Shown: positions 26,430-41,429, counted from the first letter of the stretch. The stretch is DNA of 64,000 nucleotides from Eledone cirrhosa (GCA_964016885.1 OZ024742.1:47616001-47680000); one strand, 5' to 3'. Made by a program: numbers and translations. Notes: generated by a model from the sequence alone, not told the origin.

Positions 26430-29400
26430 GTTAGTCGGCCGGACAGGGGAGGTGGGGTGTCAGTGCTGTTTAGGAAAGGTCTGGATCTCGAGGTAAGGTT
26501 GACCTTCCGGAACCCGGACGGTAAGTTGATGGACCTGGACTTCAACAATAGCGAAGGTGGTGTATTTATTTGGTGGCCGTCTACGCACTTACCAGGGCTG
26601 GCCAGGCTTTTTCTGGACGGCTGAAAGCCTTTCGGTGTACGTCTCGCACTTTACTGTTAGCGGGTTACTGGAACGGTATCTTAGACGCACGCTGTGATTA
26701 TGTGAGTGTAGCTGATAGGAGCAGGGGGTGCAAAAGTCTCAAGTACGAACTATCTGTCAGGTACCCACTAGATACCTAATGCAGCAGTGTGGACCTCGAC
26801 CAACCACATAGGGTCTTCCAGATCATATATAGACGGGAATATTTTCTTTAGGAAAATAGATAGAAAATGTGCAGGCTATCCATAATTTAAAACGGTCGCC
26901 TATTCAGATCACGAGTTTGTGATCTGTATGGTCGACCTAGATAAGACTCGTAGGTTAGGATCTGCTTACTGGAAACTGAACATGTCGTTTACGGCACGTA
27001 AGGCTTTTAGAGACCGAACCAACAATTTAGTTAAGCAAAAGTTGACAGGCTGCGGTCCGCAACAACAGATGGTGGGGGGGGGGGGGGCGGGCTCTCAAAA
27101 GAGAGATGAGAGTAATTTCGATAGGGTTTAGTAAAGAAGTAGCTTTAGAGGAAATAGAAAGGAGTGGGTAGCTGGTAGCTAAGTTAGACGAGACTGTTCG
27201 TAATGGCATTGCAACTGACGTTCTAACAGCGAGAATGGCATTAGTAAATTTCTTCAATGCGAAACAGGAAGGCTGCATTGTCAGAGCTAAGTCGCGTGCT
27301 CTGAGAATCGAGGGAACCAAAGCTGTTCGATGGGCCCGAGTGACAGAGGCGCAGCGTGGTAATAAAACCAAAATTCCGTCTTTGATGGACCTAGACGGAC
27401 ACGAGCTGAGTGATTCCAAGTGGATGAGTGAGGCCTTCCGCCAGCATTTTGTGCGGTTGTTCCGGGAATGTGGTGGGTCAGAGACGTTGCAGCACTTCAG
27501 TCCCTAGCTTGACGGCTTGCCGCGCCACTCGACGGCCGGGCCTGAGCGCTGAGAAAGGCAGATTACTTTAGCCGAAATGCAGGATGCACTTGTCGGCTGC
27601 AGAAGCAAAAGTCATCCGGTTTGTATAGTGTGCCCCACGAACTTTACGTAAATATGCCAGACTTGGTCTCCGATGTCCTCGAAGCGCTCTACTGCAACTG
27701 CCAGCAGAATAGGAGTATTGCCAGTTGTGTGAACCGGAGCTAAGTGATGCTGATAAGGAAAGATGAGAACAAGTAGGGCACATTCAATAACTTTAAGGCC
27801 AATAACTCTGCTCAACACAGAGTTTAACATTTTGGCCAAGGTGTTTGCGAAGAGGTTGGCGCTTGTCATCGAAGATTTGGTTGGGGCGGAGCAAACTTGC
27901 AAAATTCCGACCAGCTCCATACATGACCAATTCCACCTCATGCGATATATCATACAGAGGGTAGGGTGTAAACCATGTTTCGATGGGCATCTGATAAATT
28001 TAGATCAATCGAAAGCATTTGATAGGGTCGGCCATCGGGACTGGAGGTTGTTGTCAAGACAGCTGGCTTCCGCCCGTCTTCAGAAGCTGCAATGCACAGC
28101 GGCATCTGTTCGTTGATCAAATTTAATGGTCACCTCTCCGAACCGTTTCAGATTTCCCGTTTGGTCCGTCGAAGGTGCCCTCTCTCTTCCCATCTGTACG
28201 TATTGACTCTCGAGCCTTTACTGCAGAAGCTGGAGCTGTTGCGGGGCATCCCGTTCGAACCGGGACGTGGAAAATCTGTGTTGGCTTATGCGGACGACAT
28301 CACCGTAATGGTGTCGGACACCTCAAAAATCGAGGTGGTTGGTAAGATATTGGAGGAAAATGTAAGTTTGACGGGAGCGAATCTTAACCCGGAAAAGTCG
28401 GTGACCTTGGAGAGCGGCAGCTGGAGAGGCAGGTTCATGCCGTTCAACAGCGTCCTCGGGTGCTGCACGGACGGAACAGTAATGTTGGTCGGGGTTTGGT
28501 TCGGACCAGACCTCCAGGAGGAAAGACTGGCTACTGAGCTCGTTACCAGGATAGCCAGTCTCAGCCATAAATGGGCTGCGAGGAAGCTATCACTGAAAGA
28601 TCAGGCGGAGGTGGCAAACGCGTACATCGCATCCGTCATCTACTACCGCGTGACCGTCTGGCTTTGTCCCCGTCCGTGCCTCGCCAACTTGGGACGGCTC
28701 CTCTTCAATTCTTGTGGAGGGGACAGGTCAGTTGGTGAGGCAGTCCATCTGCTGCCAGCACCCTCTACGTAGAGCGCTGGGCATGCCATGTATAATGATG
28801 CTCAGACATGTGCTGACACTGCGGTATCTCCAGATATTCTGCCTAAACACTGAACATGTCTTGTCAACGTTTACAAGACGGGACTCTCCACAACTCATCT
28901 CTTTGACTGAGCTGCAGTCCAGGGTCAAGAAAAAACCGAGACTGAGTGACTGGGATCTGGAATGTTGCCAGGCACTCACTGCCCTCTACCTGGCGGACAA
29001 TGCGGTCAGTGGAACTTCCACTCTCTAGTTCTATAGAGGATTAGTGGTGGGCAAGTGCGACGATACATTGGGAGAGGCTCTGGGTGTCGACGAAGTCGAA
29101 CTGACCAGTCTGTTACAGAGGACATTTGAGCCGGTGAACCTGCATAATTTCAAAAGATCCGTCGCTTGGCAATACTACTGGTGGAACAGCCGGTTTGATA
29201 TAAACGCTACAGCCACGGAAGTGCTGTCAGACAGACCTGACCGAGAAGCGCGCAGAGTGACGAAACCGTTCTGCACGCACTCGTTCAGTGTCGGTGCATT
29301 AATGACTTGTGGAGTAATTCGAAAAGCTGTTGTCGCGTGTAGGACGGATCTGACTATCCGCCGAGTCCGCAGTGAAGATCGCCTCATGCCTTCATTTGGC

Positions 29401-29940
29401 CAGGAATGGCAAGCAATTTTCCTCTGCCTAGTGGCAGTTGCGAAAGAGATTGTGTGGTGGACCTTGTTGAATGGACTGAAGAGAAACACTTTTCTCTTCA
29501 ACCAATCCCTCATCAACTTTTCCAAATTTCACTTAGAAAGGTAGGTGGTGGTGGAGAGAGAAGTGCTGCCCCCTAGTACATTTGCTGACAGTTGGGTGAA
29601 TGTGGCGAGAATGGCCCGTGTGAGTAGGCCTACTCTGATCATGCACCCGTATGCTGTTGGATTTGAGGAGTGGAGTTCCCTTTCCGGTTGCCCTTCAATT
29701 GTGGGGTGGTTGAGGATTGGTGGTTACCCCCCTCCCTATTGGGGCATTTTCATTGTTGTATTTTTCCTGTTTATTATTATTGTTTTCCTATTGTTTACAT
29801 GATTTTTTATGTAAAACCCCCACTGTCTGTACCCCCCACAGTCCGTGTCTATTGTATTGTCCCCTATATGTCGGCCCTTGTGACCAATAAATGAAATATT
29901 TATTACTATTATTATTATTATTATTATTATTATTATCATT
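26430..29940 (+). mobile_element. 5'-truncated Tx1/L1-clade LINE (copy C)
   Basis: Endonuclease motifs (SDHEFV, YWKLN); RT motifs RPITLLNTEFNILAK, LDQSKAFDRV, YADD; family 3' end followed by (att)n. Confidence 0.9.
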
Positions 29941-30155
29941 GGTTGGTGAATCCACGCTTCTTATCGCCTCAAGTCTTTTTCAACGTTTTACCTCTTTTCT
30001 AACCGTTCTAAACCTTTTATTCAAGTTTTAAATTTGATAAAAGTTTAGAAGACGTGACTCACCTAATACAGGGGTTCACTAGTAAATAATACGGCACCCC
30101 TTTACGGGGTATCGTATTCGTAATTGTGTAAAAATATTTTTTGAAATATTTCAAC

Positions 30156-32023
30156 ATGGATAACACAAAAAAGAGAGAGAGCGCTGTCAGACAACACAGA
30201 GAGAGAGCGCTGTCAGACAACACAGAGAGAGGGATACTTTATCAGCATGTCAACAAGACAGCGTTCCAGCGGAGGTAAATTTAAACGAAAATATTACAAA
30301 GGAAAAAAAGATTGTTACAGATTTAAAATTAACAAATATTTCTAACACCAACAACACCAACAATAACACCAACAACATCACCAAAAATAACAGAGGCAAA
30401 GTCGAGAACGACAATAACAAATATAACAGCGGTAAGGTTGAGAACGACAATAACAAAAATAACAGCGGTAAGGTCGAGAACGACAATAACAATGACAATA
30501 ACAACAGCCACAACAACAATAATAGTAGGAACAGTATCAACAAAAACAACAATAATAACAACAGCCACAATAACAATAACAGCAGCAACAGTATCATGGC
30601 AGTCGCAAGGGCCATGGTGACAAGAAGCGGAAATAGAGTTTCCCTGAAACCTCCAACCGATTTTTTCAAGGACCAGCAGCTACGAACGGTGACTTACCGC
30701 ACCGTAAGCCAAATCTCACATCGAGTGGAAAGAGCCACGGAGGCTCAAACCCAAAAGGCCTTGGGGTGCGTCTGGGCACGCAAAACCCACATCACCCGAG
30801 GCAGAAAGTACGCCACAGTAGATGTACTTTTCGCCACCCCCTATGAAGCAAAGTCTCACTCTTTGAAAACCCTAAAGAGTGAGGAGTTAGTCTTGGTGCC
30901 CTCCTACTGCGGGCAGAAAATTGTGAGGGTCAAAGTGACCCAGGTCCCACCAATGGTGCCCATACGTTGGCTGGCGGAGCCTGTCCTTGCTGGAATTGAG
31001 AAGAGGGCGACCATGCTGCAAGTAGAAAAAATATGGAGAGAGAACTGGTCAGGTATAGGCATGCAAATGCCTATACAAACTGACCAGGAATGTATCGAGG
31101 CTATCCCCGATATCATAGACTTTGAGGAAGGACTCCAACTCCCTATAAGTGTAGAATGAAGACGGCCAAAATGCTGTGGGTCGAAATGTCACCTCAGGGC
31201 CTTTTGCCCGCAGAAGACACCGAAGAGGGCCCCTCTCCTTCCAATACCTGGTCGGCTCCTACCAAGAGCAGGACAGGCAACAAACGAAGAAGCCCCTTTC
31301 ACGGTGAGTAGGAGCGCAACGTCCGTAGCCCCCGTACCAAGGCCACGGATAACTAAAGCAGCATCATCAGTAGCGGCAACACCAATAGCTACATTTGAAA
31401 TAGCTACACCAGCAACAACATTGCCGAAGAGGGCTCCACTGCCACCACCAACAGCCGTGGAGCACATACCCCTCCCAGACGCCACAGAATCCGACATGGA
31501 GTTTGAGGCGGGAGTAACGTGGCAAACAGTCTGCCCCTAAAAACAAAAAACAAAAAAGACCTTAGATTCACCCTCCAAAAGCGAATGCATACAAAGAGGG
31601 GTAAAGGCAGCAAGGAAACTTGCAGCAACTCCACCACAAACACCAACAACGCAAACGCAACAAGACACACACACCAAACAGCAACAAGAAGAAAACGGCA
31701 ACAAAATCACGCCTCCCCCCCAAAAGTACACAGCCATAAACATAGCAAAAAAAGAACTCGTAAAATATATAAAGCAGCACACAGACATCACGGAAAAAAA
31801 TTACTACACCCCACCAACACCAAGAACTCTCCCGACAAACATAAGCATCATCGAAATCTCAATAGAACAATACAAACCTTTAAAACAAAAATTCCCCAAC
31901 GCAGTTGGAGACTTCAGTGGGACGGTTACCAAGAGGATATACACTGACATCCTCTTGGAAACACCCATGACCAGCGAAAGGGACGGTTCTACTGTCCCTT
32001 CACCACACGAACAAGGTAAGTGA
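30156..32023 (+). pseudogene. LINE ORF1 (Asn-rich N-terminus, degenerate CCHC knuckle), disrupted
   Basis: ATG at 30156; NNN repeats; RRPKCCGSKCHLRAFCP knuckle remnant; Pro/Thr-rich tail; stops and frameshifts. Confidence 0.7.
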
Positions 32024-32055
32024 CCCTTTCTCATTTGCCCCGTTTCTCATCCAAC

Positions 32056-35000
32056 ATGGCTGTACTCAGAATAGGCAGTATAAATGCACGTAGCCTGGGG
32101 TCATCTTGGAAGCAGGGTCATCTGCTCAATGACCTCAGGTCACTAAACAGATGTGGTGGCCATAAGTGAAACCAGAATCTCCGAGGCACAGGCCTTCGCA
32201 CCGATCTTCGGCGGCTACGATGTATACGCATCTCCCAGCCGTCCAGGATCGGGGGGAGGGGTTGCCGTCCTTTTTCGGAGAGGCTTGGATCTCGCGATAC
32301 GGGCCATCTTCCTGGACCCAGAAGGTTAGTCGGTGGTGCTGGACGTGACCGGCAGCGAAGGCAATGCTTTCAGGCTAGTAGCCGCCTACGCCCCAACAGG
32401 GGCAGGATGGCCAGATTTCTTCAGACGTCTAGAGACCGCTCGTTAATGTTAGTGGGAGACTGGAACGGGATCTTGGATGCACGCTGGGATCGTGTGGGGC
32501 TAGTGGATAGGGGAGGAGGGTGCAAGAGCCTCACCAACCTGCTCAGACATTTTGAACTGTCTGACAGGTATCGACTGGATCACCCGAATTGCCAATGTGG
32601 ACATGGACAAACCGCATCGGGTCATCCAGATCGTATCTAGATAGGGTATTCTGCAGGGAACTAGATAAGGCTAGTATAAGTTGTCCACAATTTAAAATAG
32701 TCGACTACACAGACCACAAATATGTGATCTGTGAGATCGGCATATACAGACTTCATAGACAAGGGCCTGGTTACTGGAAGCTGAACGCCTCTTTCCCAGC
32801 GGGCAAGGCCTACAGAGACCGGATTAGCGTAATAGTTAAGTGGGCGTTGACGGGAGCGGTCGTCAACAACAGGTGGTGGTTCGCCCTGAAAAGGGCAATT
32901 AAAGTAGAGTCGATTAGGTTTAGTAAAGGAGTAGTGATAGAGGAAAATAGAGTAGAGGGAGAGCTAGTCAGAAAGCTAGAAGAGGTATTTAGGACAGGCA
33001 TCGCAACCGACGTGCTTGCGGCGAGATTGGCACTCGACCAATTCTTCAACGCAATGAACGAAGGCTGCGGTGTCAGAGCTAGAGCGCGTGCTCTGAAACA
33101 CGAGGGGACAAAAGCCGTCCAATGGGCGCGAGTGGCAGAGGCGCGACGTGGCAATAAAGCCACAATTCGGTCTTTGTCTGACCAAAACGGGTGCGTGATG
33201 CTCGAACCCGAGCGGATGTGTGAAGCTTTTCAGCAGCACTTTGCTGAACTGATCGGGAGCGGCCGCGGCCCGGAAGGGGCATGGACTTCAGTGCATACCT
33301 CGACGGACTGCCTCGGCTCTCGACGATCATCACAGCACAGTGTTAAGAAAAGCCTATAACAGCCGGTGAAATACGGGAAGCGATGGCTAACTGCACAAGA
33401 GGTAAACCGCCAGGTTTAGATGGTCTGCCCTACGCGCTTTATGCATTTATGCCAGACTTGTTCGGTGACCTCTTGGCAGACGTCTACTGCAACTGGCAAC
33501 AGAACGGGAGCATTCCCAGTTTTGTGAGCCGGGGAGCAGTGGCGCTGCTGAGAAAAGACCCGAACAAGGGGGATGTTATTGATAATTTCAGGCCCATAAC
33601 CCTGCTAAACGCAGAGTTCAAGATTTTGGCCAAGGTGTTAGCAACGAGGTTGGCACTTACGTATTGGCTCTCGAGCCGTTACTGCACAAACTGGGGGAGA
33701 TGAGGGGCGTCCCACGCGAACTAGGATGTGGGAAATCCGAGTCGGCTTACGCTGACGACGTCACCGTGGTAGTGTCGAGCACCAGACACGTCCAGATGCT
33801 CGGCACCGCTCTCAAGGAATACGAAACGGTGACAGGAGCAAAGATAAACCAGGAAAAGTCGGTGGGCTTGCAGCTAGGCACCTGGAGAGGCAAGTCCATG
33901 CCGTCCGACAGCGTCGTGGGGCGTTGGACAGACGGACCGGTTAAATTGCTAGGGGTCTGGTTCGGACCGGATCTCCAGATGGAGAAAAACTGGAACGAGG
34001 TGACGAGCCGGGTGGCCTCCCTCACCCAGATCTGGGCTGAGAGGAAGCTGTCCCTGAAAGGCCGGGCGGAAGTGGCGAATGCGTACATCGCATCCGTCAT
34101 CTGCTACCGCCTCAGCGTCGTCCCTTGCTCCAGCCCAACTCTCACCAAAATGGAGCGCCTCAACTTCCGCTTTTTGTGGAAGGGACGCGCTCCCATGGTT
34201 AGACGATCCATCTGCTGTCAACACCCGTTGCGTGGAGGACTGGGCATGCCATGGCTGTTGATGCGCAAACATGCGCTGAGGCTGTGACATCTCTGGTGCT
34301 TACTTGATCGTGAACGGGTGTGGTCGCCGTTCGCCAGGCACATTTTCCCACAGCTCGTCTCCTTGACGGAGCTGCAGTCCTGGGTCAGAAAAAGACCGAG
34401 GGATAGCCCTTGGAAACTGAAATGTCTCCAGGCGCTCACTGCCCTCTCCCGGTTGGGCACCAGTATCGGTGGAACATCCACCTCGGCGTTCTATAGAGGA
34501 CGAGTGGAGGGGAAGAGCGACAACGTTCTCGGAGAGATCCTGGGCGTCGTAGAAGATCAGCTGCTTGCTCTCTTCCGGAGAACTTTCAGCCCGGGGCCTA
34601 TGGATAACTTCCAAAAATCCCTGGCCTGGCAGTGCTACCGGGGAACGCTGCCGGTTCGAGATAAGCTCTACAGGCACGGAAGTGCCGTCAGCCGGGCCTG
34701 TCCGAGATGTGCGCATATCGACGAAACCGTTGTGCACGCACTCGTTCAGTGCCGGAGCATTGCTGACTTGTGGAGCTATGTCGAACAGTTGCTGTCACGT
34801 GTGGGACTGATCCGGTTGTCGACTGAGTCCATTGTGCAGATGGTCTCGCCGTCTTCCTTTTCGGAGGAAGGGCAGGCGGTTTTCATCTGCCTGGTGGCCA
34901 TGGCGAAAGAGATTGTGTGGTGGACAAGGTTATAAGGATTAAAGACAAACACTTTCCTCTTCGGCGAATCCCTGATTAACTTGAAGAGGAAAATCATGGT

Positions 35001-35100
35001 GGAAAGGCAAGTGCTGCTTTCTAGCAAGTTTGTTGAAAGGTGGGTGAATGTAGCGAGAATGGTCCGAGTGAACGGGACCACTCTGAATATACGTCTGTAG
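32056..35100 (+). pseudogene. LINE ORF2 (APE endonuclease, RT, zinc finger), disrupted
   Basis: MAVLRIGSINARSL, GDWN, YLDRV, TDH, PGLDGLP, FRPITLLN, YADD, CPRC..ETVVHALVQC; RT deletion near 33655. Confidence 0.9.
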
Positions 35101-35473
35101 TTTGAGAGATGGAAAAATTGAGAGAGGGCGCTTGCCCTGGTAGTCAGGGTGGCCGTGGTCTTTTGTGTGGTTTTCGCCACGAGTAACCATCGGAGGTTTC
35201 CCCACCTATTGGGGAATTTTTCATTGTCTCAATTTTCATTTTATTGTTTATATATATATATGTTTTATGTCTTTTTTCTAAATAATAAAGATATTTACAG
35301 GCACAAAACCCACATCGTACCGTCCTGTTCCGTCTGTGATGTTTTTCTTGATGTCAGCCCTTGTGGCCATTAAAGAAATCATTATTATTATCATTAGCAT
35401 TATTATTATCATTATTATTAGCATCATTATTATCATTATTATCATCTTCATCATTATTATTATTAATGTGTCA

Positions 35474-35667
35474 GGGTGGTGGATTGGCAGTATCGCTAGA
35501 GGGTCGGACGCCATGCTTTCCAGCATAGTTACGTCCCTTTGCGGTCTGAGTTCAAATCCGACCGAGGTTAACTTTGCCTTTCATCCTTACGGGGTCGATA
35601 AAATAAAGTACCAGTAATGCACTGGGTAATTGATGGCCTTGTGCCAAAAGTAGAAACAATTATTATT
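35474..35667 (+). mobile_element. tRNA-derived SINE (main family)
   Basis: Full consensus; attattattaatgt on both flanks. Confidence 0.9.
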
Positions 35668-36001
35668 AATGTTGTTGTTGTTGTTGTTGTTATATCAATA
35701 AAGAAGAGAAGTTAAATATATACTCTCTCAAGTTAGAGGAACACATTTTGACAATTTGTCTCCAAGGCAGAAATTCATTGCTACACGTCTACATTGCTGA
35801 TGATTTAAGATGATTTCCTTATCACGGTTAAAATAATTTGTATCTTGGGAACTGTAGCCAGCAGAGCAGTAATAATTGTAGCATTTACCCTAACACAGAC
35901 AAGAAATTTTGCATAAAAAATATATTTTAAGAATTAAATTCGATAATAGCCATATAGACATCCGTGATGTACATACACCAGGATGTTAATGGAAGTTCAA
36001 G

Positions 36002-36053
<52 letters not shown>

Positions 36054-36608
36054 ATGTGTGTGTGCGTATGTATATATATATTAGTTCGATAATGGCGGAA
36101 AAAAAGAAATAAACGACGAAAATTACATTTTGATGAGACGAACGTGCAGACCTACTACGAATAATTACTAAAATTTAGTAAGGTTATATCTAAGACGATG
36201 GTGTCAGCATAATAGCTAAGAAAAGAATTTGATCAAACATTTAATAATATACTTATTATATGGTTCGGAATTACCAAACACATGTATAGGAATTTCAATC
36301 AAATCCAAGAACTATGTTGAGGCACTGAAATGTACCAGTTTTCCATGATTATAAAAGCGATTTAACGGCTGAAACTTAGCTCCCGTCTGAGATCTATAAA
36401 TAAAAGTGGAAAAGAATAAGTAACGTACTTTCTTTCTTTCTGGTGATGATCATATCCATATATCCAGAAATATGTCCAATTTATTTATACAACTTTCATC
36501 AATAATATATTTATACTGGCTACGCATTTATTAAAACTAAAGTTTATTTATGAAATACATTTGAAATATTATGAAATAAATAACTATATTTTATTATTAT
36601 CCACAATT

Positions 36609-36795
36609 AGGGCGGTGAATTAGCATCAACGGTATCGCAGAATTCAGTCACGACCTTCTGCGTTCTGAGTTCAAATGGGGTCGAAGCCAACTTTTAACCT
36701 TCAATCTTCTAGAGGTGATAAAATAATGTATGAGTTAATTACGTGTAAATCGATTTTCCCTTCTCGCAAATATATGCCAATATTAGAAATAATTG
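36609..36795 (+). mobile_element. Old diverged SINE copy (long variant)
   Basis: gggcggtgaattagca head, ctgagttcaaat, degraded core and tail. Confidence 0.6.
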
Positions 36796-37629
36796 TAAGA
36801 CTGAATTAATTGTTCATGGATTAAAAACATATAACAACAAAAGATTGCATAATTTAAATCTAACAAAAAACATTTGTATAATCCACGTGGCAGATTTAGA
36901 CTGTTGAGAGCATTCGTTTAATATTATACTTCTGGAATCTATATCCTAAATTACTAATCAAGTACAGGTTTTGATATCATCTACTATCTATTGTCTAATA
37001 ATGAAATTCCGGGTAATTATATTGGATGGCTATTGTTGGCACACTTTAAAACATCTCAAAATCCCGGTAGTAACAATTCAAAGAGACGGGGATGGTAATG
37101 GGTATAGAATTATTAAAAGAAGAGAATGTCTAACACAAATGTTTATAGACAGATACTCAATAACTTCTGTCTCAGCCGGAAGAGTCCAGCGATACGATTA
37201 AAAACATTTAAAGAAATTAGGGTTTCATCTCCAACCAGGGAGCACACGTAAATATCAGACTAGGTGTAAGGAGTTTATACGTTGGACTGACAGCTTTAGT
37301 AGATCGAGTATATCATATCTCATTCTAAATCACAGGCCAAACAAATACTGCCTGTAGGGAATGAAAACGTCGCTACATCAACCAGCTCAATGTTGAAATT
37401 TGGGCCTGGTATTTATTTGTAGCAAAAGCTGCGATCAACGCAATAACCAAAAGACATAGTCTTTCACTTCAGAAAAGTGCATGTGGAACATAAACTTAAT
37501 GGATTAATGCATTCAGAAAAGAACATAAACTTAATGCATTAATTTTATCCGATTTTTTCACATTCAGTCAATACTATTTTCACTTAGACTATAACAGCTT
37601 TAATTACACACACACAGACACACATCACA

Positions 37630-37632
<3 letters not shown>

Positions 37633-37707
<75 letters not shown>

Positions 37708-37711
37708 TATA

Positions 37712-37798
<87 letters not shown>
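37633..37798. repeat. (TA)n microsatellite
   Basis: Seen directly; many more (TA)n tracts occur across the window. Confidence 0.97.
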
Positions 37799-37802
<4 letters not shown>

Positions 37803-38205
37803 GTGTGTATGTGATACTTACAGACATATATACATGCACACATATACATGTGTTGATGTATGTATGTCTGTATGTTTCCCATGGCTCTATTACTGGCAGA
37901 AATACAAACAATTAAAGTTTTGCACAGGCAAACAACTAACACACAACCACAGACATACGTATATACATCCATATCCACTCTAAATAGAAAAGGATTTCTT
38001 TCCATTTAACACGATATAGTTGCCTTTGATCACAGCTTTTTAATGGACGGCCAACCTAACTTCTTACACTGTAAAAGCATCTATCACCAGTTTTTCAAGA
38101 GATGTTGAAATGCATGGACCTGATTCTCCCCGAGGAGATTTATTTCGTTTATGCCCATAGTGATTCTTCTCTCTACTTTCATTTCTTCCTTAACTTCCTA
38201 TCATA

Positions 38206-38241
38206 TTTTCTGATGAAGGACTAACGACCGAAATGTTAAGA
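38206..38241 (+). ncRNA. Degenerate minimal hammerhead (similar to 9099-9136)
   Basis: tttt-CTGATGA-aggactaacgacc-GAAA-tg-TT-aaga. Confidence 0.5.
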
Positions 38242-39908
38242 CCTGTACTACTCTAATATATGTACGTGTGTGCATGCGCATATTGTTCTACTCATTAAAC
38301 TACCGAATGATGTAAATATCGAAGGGAAAGCTAAAACAATATTGCTGCTCTTTGCAATATATATTCTGCAACGTTTACTAAAAATCACATTGTTCTTTAA
38401 CCGTTATTCCACCGCTGTCGTTTACCAATAGCTATATAAATTACGCGAATATATAAAAACAACGGGATATATAACGATGTTCAGAAGTATTATATTTATA
38501 CACAAATGAATGAGCACACAGATTCACGGAGATCATGCATACACAGAGATCATGCATATAAAAATCACACAGGTACATATATACAAACAGACTGGCACAC
38601 ATATGTTTAAGCAATAACGTTTACACAATTTCATTTAAATATATGTGTTTGTTTAATTTACTGCTGTCTCAGGACTGCACACACATGTTTATGTTCTCAG
38701 GTAAGTTATTTATAAATACATTACTTAGATTAATTTAATGTCAAGAGAAATCCCATACCAAAATGCGTTCGACCGTACAATCTTCATTAAAACGGAAGTT
38801 AGAAATACATGACTGGCATTCTTATCAATCTTATATTTTGCCTAAAAGCATGAACATTTATTCTGTACAAATTACTATAAAAGCATGCAATTAGAAATAC
38901 ACACATACACTAACACACAGTTATAAACACACGCCTAGAAATGTAGCTATACACACACATACACACATGCACACACACACATATATACACATTTATATAT
39001 ATGCTTTTCCTCTCCCTTCCATACACACACCTACACGCGCACACACACACTCACAAACGCACACGCACACGCACATACATACATACATACATACAGACAC
39101 ACACACACACACGCACACACACACACACATATATATATATATACATATATGATTTTTAAGAATTATCGAACCGATGAGACTATGTGAAATCGGAAAATGT
39201 GAAAGCCACACACGCAGACATAAACTGTTATAATATTTGAGCTGCACACGATAGATAGTAGTGCGAAAAATATATTAACAATTAAATCAGTTTAGCAATC
39301 TCATATTTATCAATGAATATTATATATATAATATATAACAATGATACTTCGAATAAATTGTATCAATCTTGAAATTATCGATACCGTATTGATTTTCAGA
39401 CCTTGATTGAGTAGCTGGGACCGTCCCTTGTTTTTCTATTGTTTTGTCTTGTGCGCCACTTAAATTGAATTTATATCGCTACGAAGGCTTTAAAAAATCT
39501 ATCATATTATAGACATCACACGGCCCTGTGTTTCATACTCTATTCTCTGTTCTTTCCTTTTCTACGCCTCTGTGTCATTTGTCTTTGACTGCAAGTTGGA
39601 CTGCGGTTATTTGTTACCATTTCTCTCCTTTATATATTTTTATCCATTGACTACGCACTTGCACACCGTTTCCGCCTTCAAATAGGATATTTTTCATTTA
39701 TATTTGTGTAATTCGCCTAAAGACATAACTTATCCTGCCTTTATATTTACCTATTTTGTTATCCCCCAACGTGCTCTTGAACGAACGGTGGCAATCTTAA
39801 TTCACGGAAATCTATGTGATTTCCAGAGATTGACTGAGGAGATGGACTGGCCGGCTTTTAGTTGTTTGACGTGTGCGCCGCTTAATTTGAATACATATTC
39901 TAACTATT

Positions 39909-39950
<42 letters not shown>

Positions 39951-40820
39951 GAGATAACGAGGAAGTATCATTAATATACACATACATGCACACGCACACA
40001 CACACACACACAGACACATATATATATATAAATGTTTATATATTATATCATATTGTATTATATATGTGTGTGTATCTGTGTGTGTGTATGTGTGAATATT
40101 ATTGTGTCCAGACATGCATAGAAGCCTTATGCATATATTTCTCGGTGGTATCTCTCTCGCTCTCTGTTTCATGCTTTCATATTGCCCTACCTGTACATTT
40201 CCACTTTCACTGCACCTATACATATCTTTGTCACTTCGGATTACGTACGGAAATTAATAATAAAACGTGAAACCTAGAGTTTTTTTAAATACATTTTTTA
40301 TTTTGTTTAAGTTTCTTCCAGCAACATTTATATTTTCCCTATTATCTCAGATTTTTAGGATGAATTATATAATTTCGATTGGAAATCAGGTGAGCTAATA
40401 TCAGCAGAACAAATTTATTTATACCTGATCTTTAAAATATTTTATAAAACATTGTCTTGCAGAAATAAATTATGTTGTTAAAGTGCATCTATACTAATTT
40501 TGTTTGTTATTAATATAATGTTTTCCTGTATAATACCTCTCTTGTAAATCAATCAAATTGATATGGAAACAATTCTGCAAAATTTAATTGTATTTAATAT
40601 TAATTATTGATATAATGGTAGCAATATGTCACAAAAATAGTGATAGCCAACATCAATTAACAAATTAGTAGTAATTATTTATTTTTCCATGACAGTCCAA
40701 ACATTCTTTTACTTTCTCATTTTACAAAGTCGTTATACCACACTTTACAGCATGCTTATTTAGCTTCACAATTATGTGTCCATTTTCACACATCATTTAT
40801 ATATATATACATATATATAT

Positions 40821-40855
<35 letters not shown>

Positions 40856-41096
40856 CATATGTGTGTGTGTGTGTGTTTATGTGTGTGTGTCTGTGTGTGT
40901 CTGTGTGTAATCATCAGGTCTACATATCAGTAGACCCTCTGAGCAACCAGATTTGCATATCAGCAGATAGGCCATTCAGTTTCATGTATACGATCGATTA
41001 ATTGTCGGGTTTGTCATATTCAAATAACTAACACATAGTTTTATCGCTCTATATGGCTGAATACAATAAGTATAATCTGAGCTTTTCGCATATATA

Positions 41097-41158
41097 TAAT
41101 TGTTCTAGTTTTGGCACAAGGCCAGCAATTACCCAGTGCATTACTGGTACTTTATTTT
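41097..41158 (-). mobile_element. SINE 3' fragment
   Basis: Reverse complement of aataaagtaccagtaatgcactgggtaattgctggccttgtgccaaaac. Confidence 0.8.
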
Positions 41159-41429
41159 GTGGCGTTACGTCTAGCCGATTTTTCCGAAATTCGAAGGCAT
41201 GTTCTGCACATAAAAAAATTCATTTTCATGATCCCTAGGGCCCGCATTAGGTAAAAACCTGCATTTTTACTGCTTCATCGAGGAAAATCTTAAAGATTAT
41301 CCAGCCATCAGAGTATTCGGTTCATTTTCTTTACATATTGTCCAGGCATGCAGTTTTTCAACGATTAGGTTTGTTGGTGGGCCGCGTTCCAAAATACCTT
41401 AAACCATGCAACGCCGGGTACCACTGCTA

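Larger units (their letters stand above)
29941..35462 (+). mobile_element. Near-full-length Tx1/L1-clade LINE (copy D)
   Basis: 5' UTR, ORF1, ORF2 (EN-RT-CCHC), 3' end gcccttgtggccattaaagaaatc and an imperfect (att)n tail. Confidence 0.93.

Noticed and set aside
37600-38005. ORFs rich in YI/IY, ER, HT, poly-E/K/F (also near 42.4, 46.4, 48.9, 50.6, 59.8 and 62 kb)
   Set aside because: Translations of microsatellites, not genes
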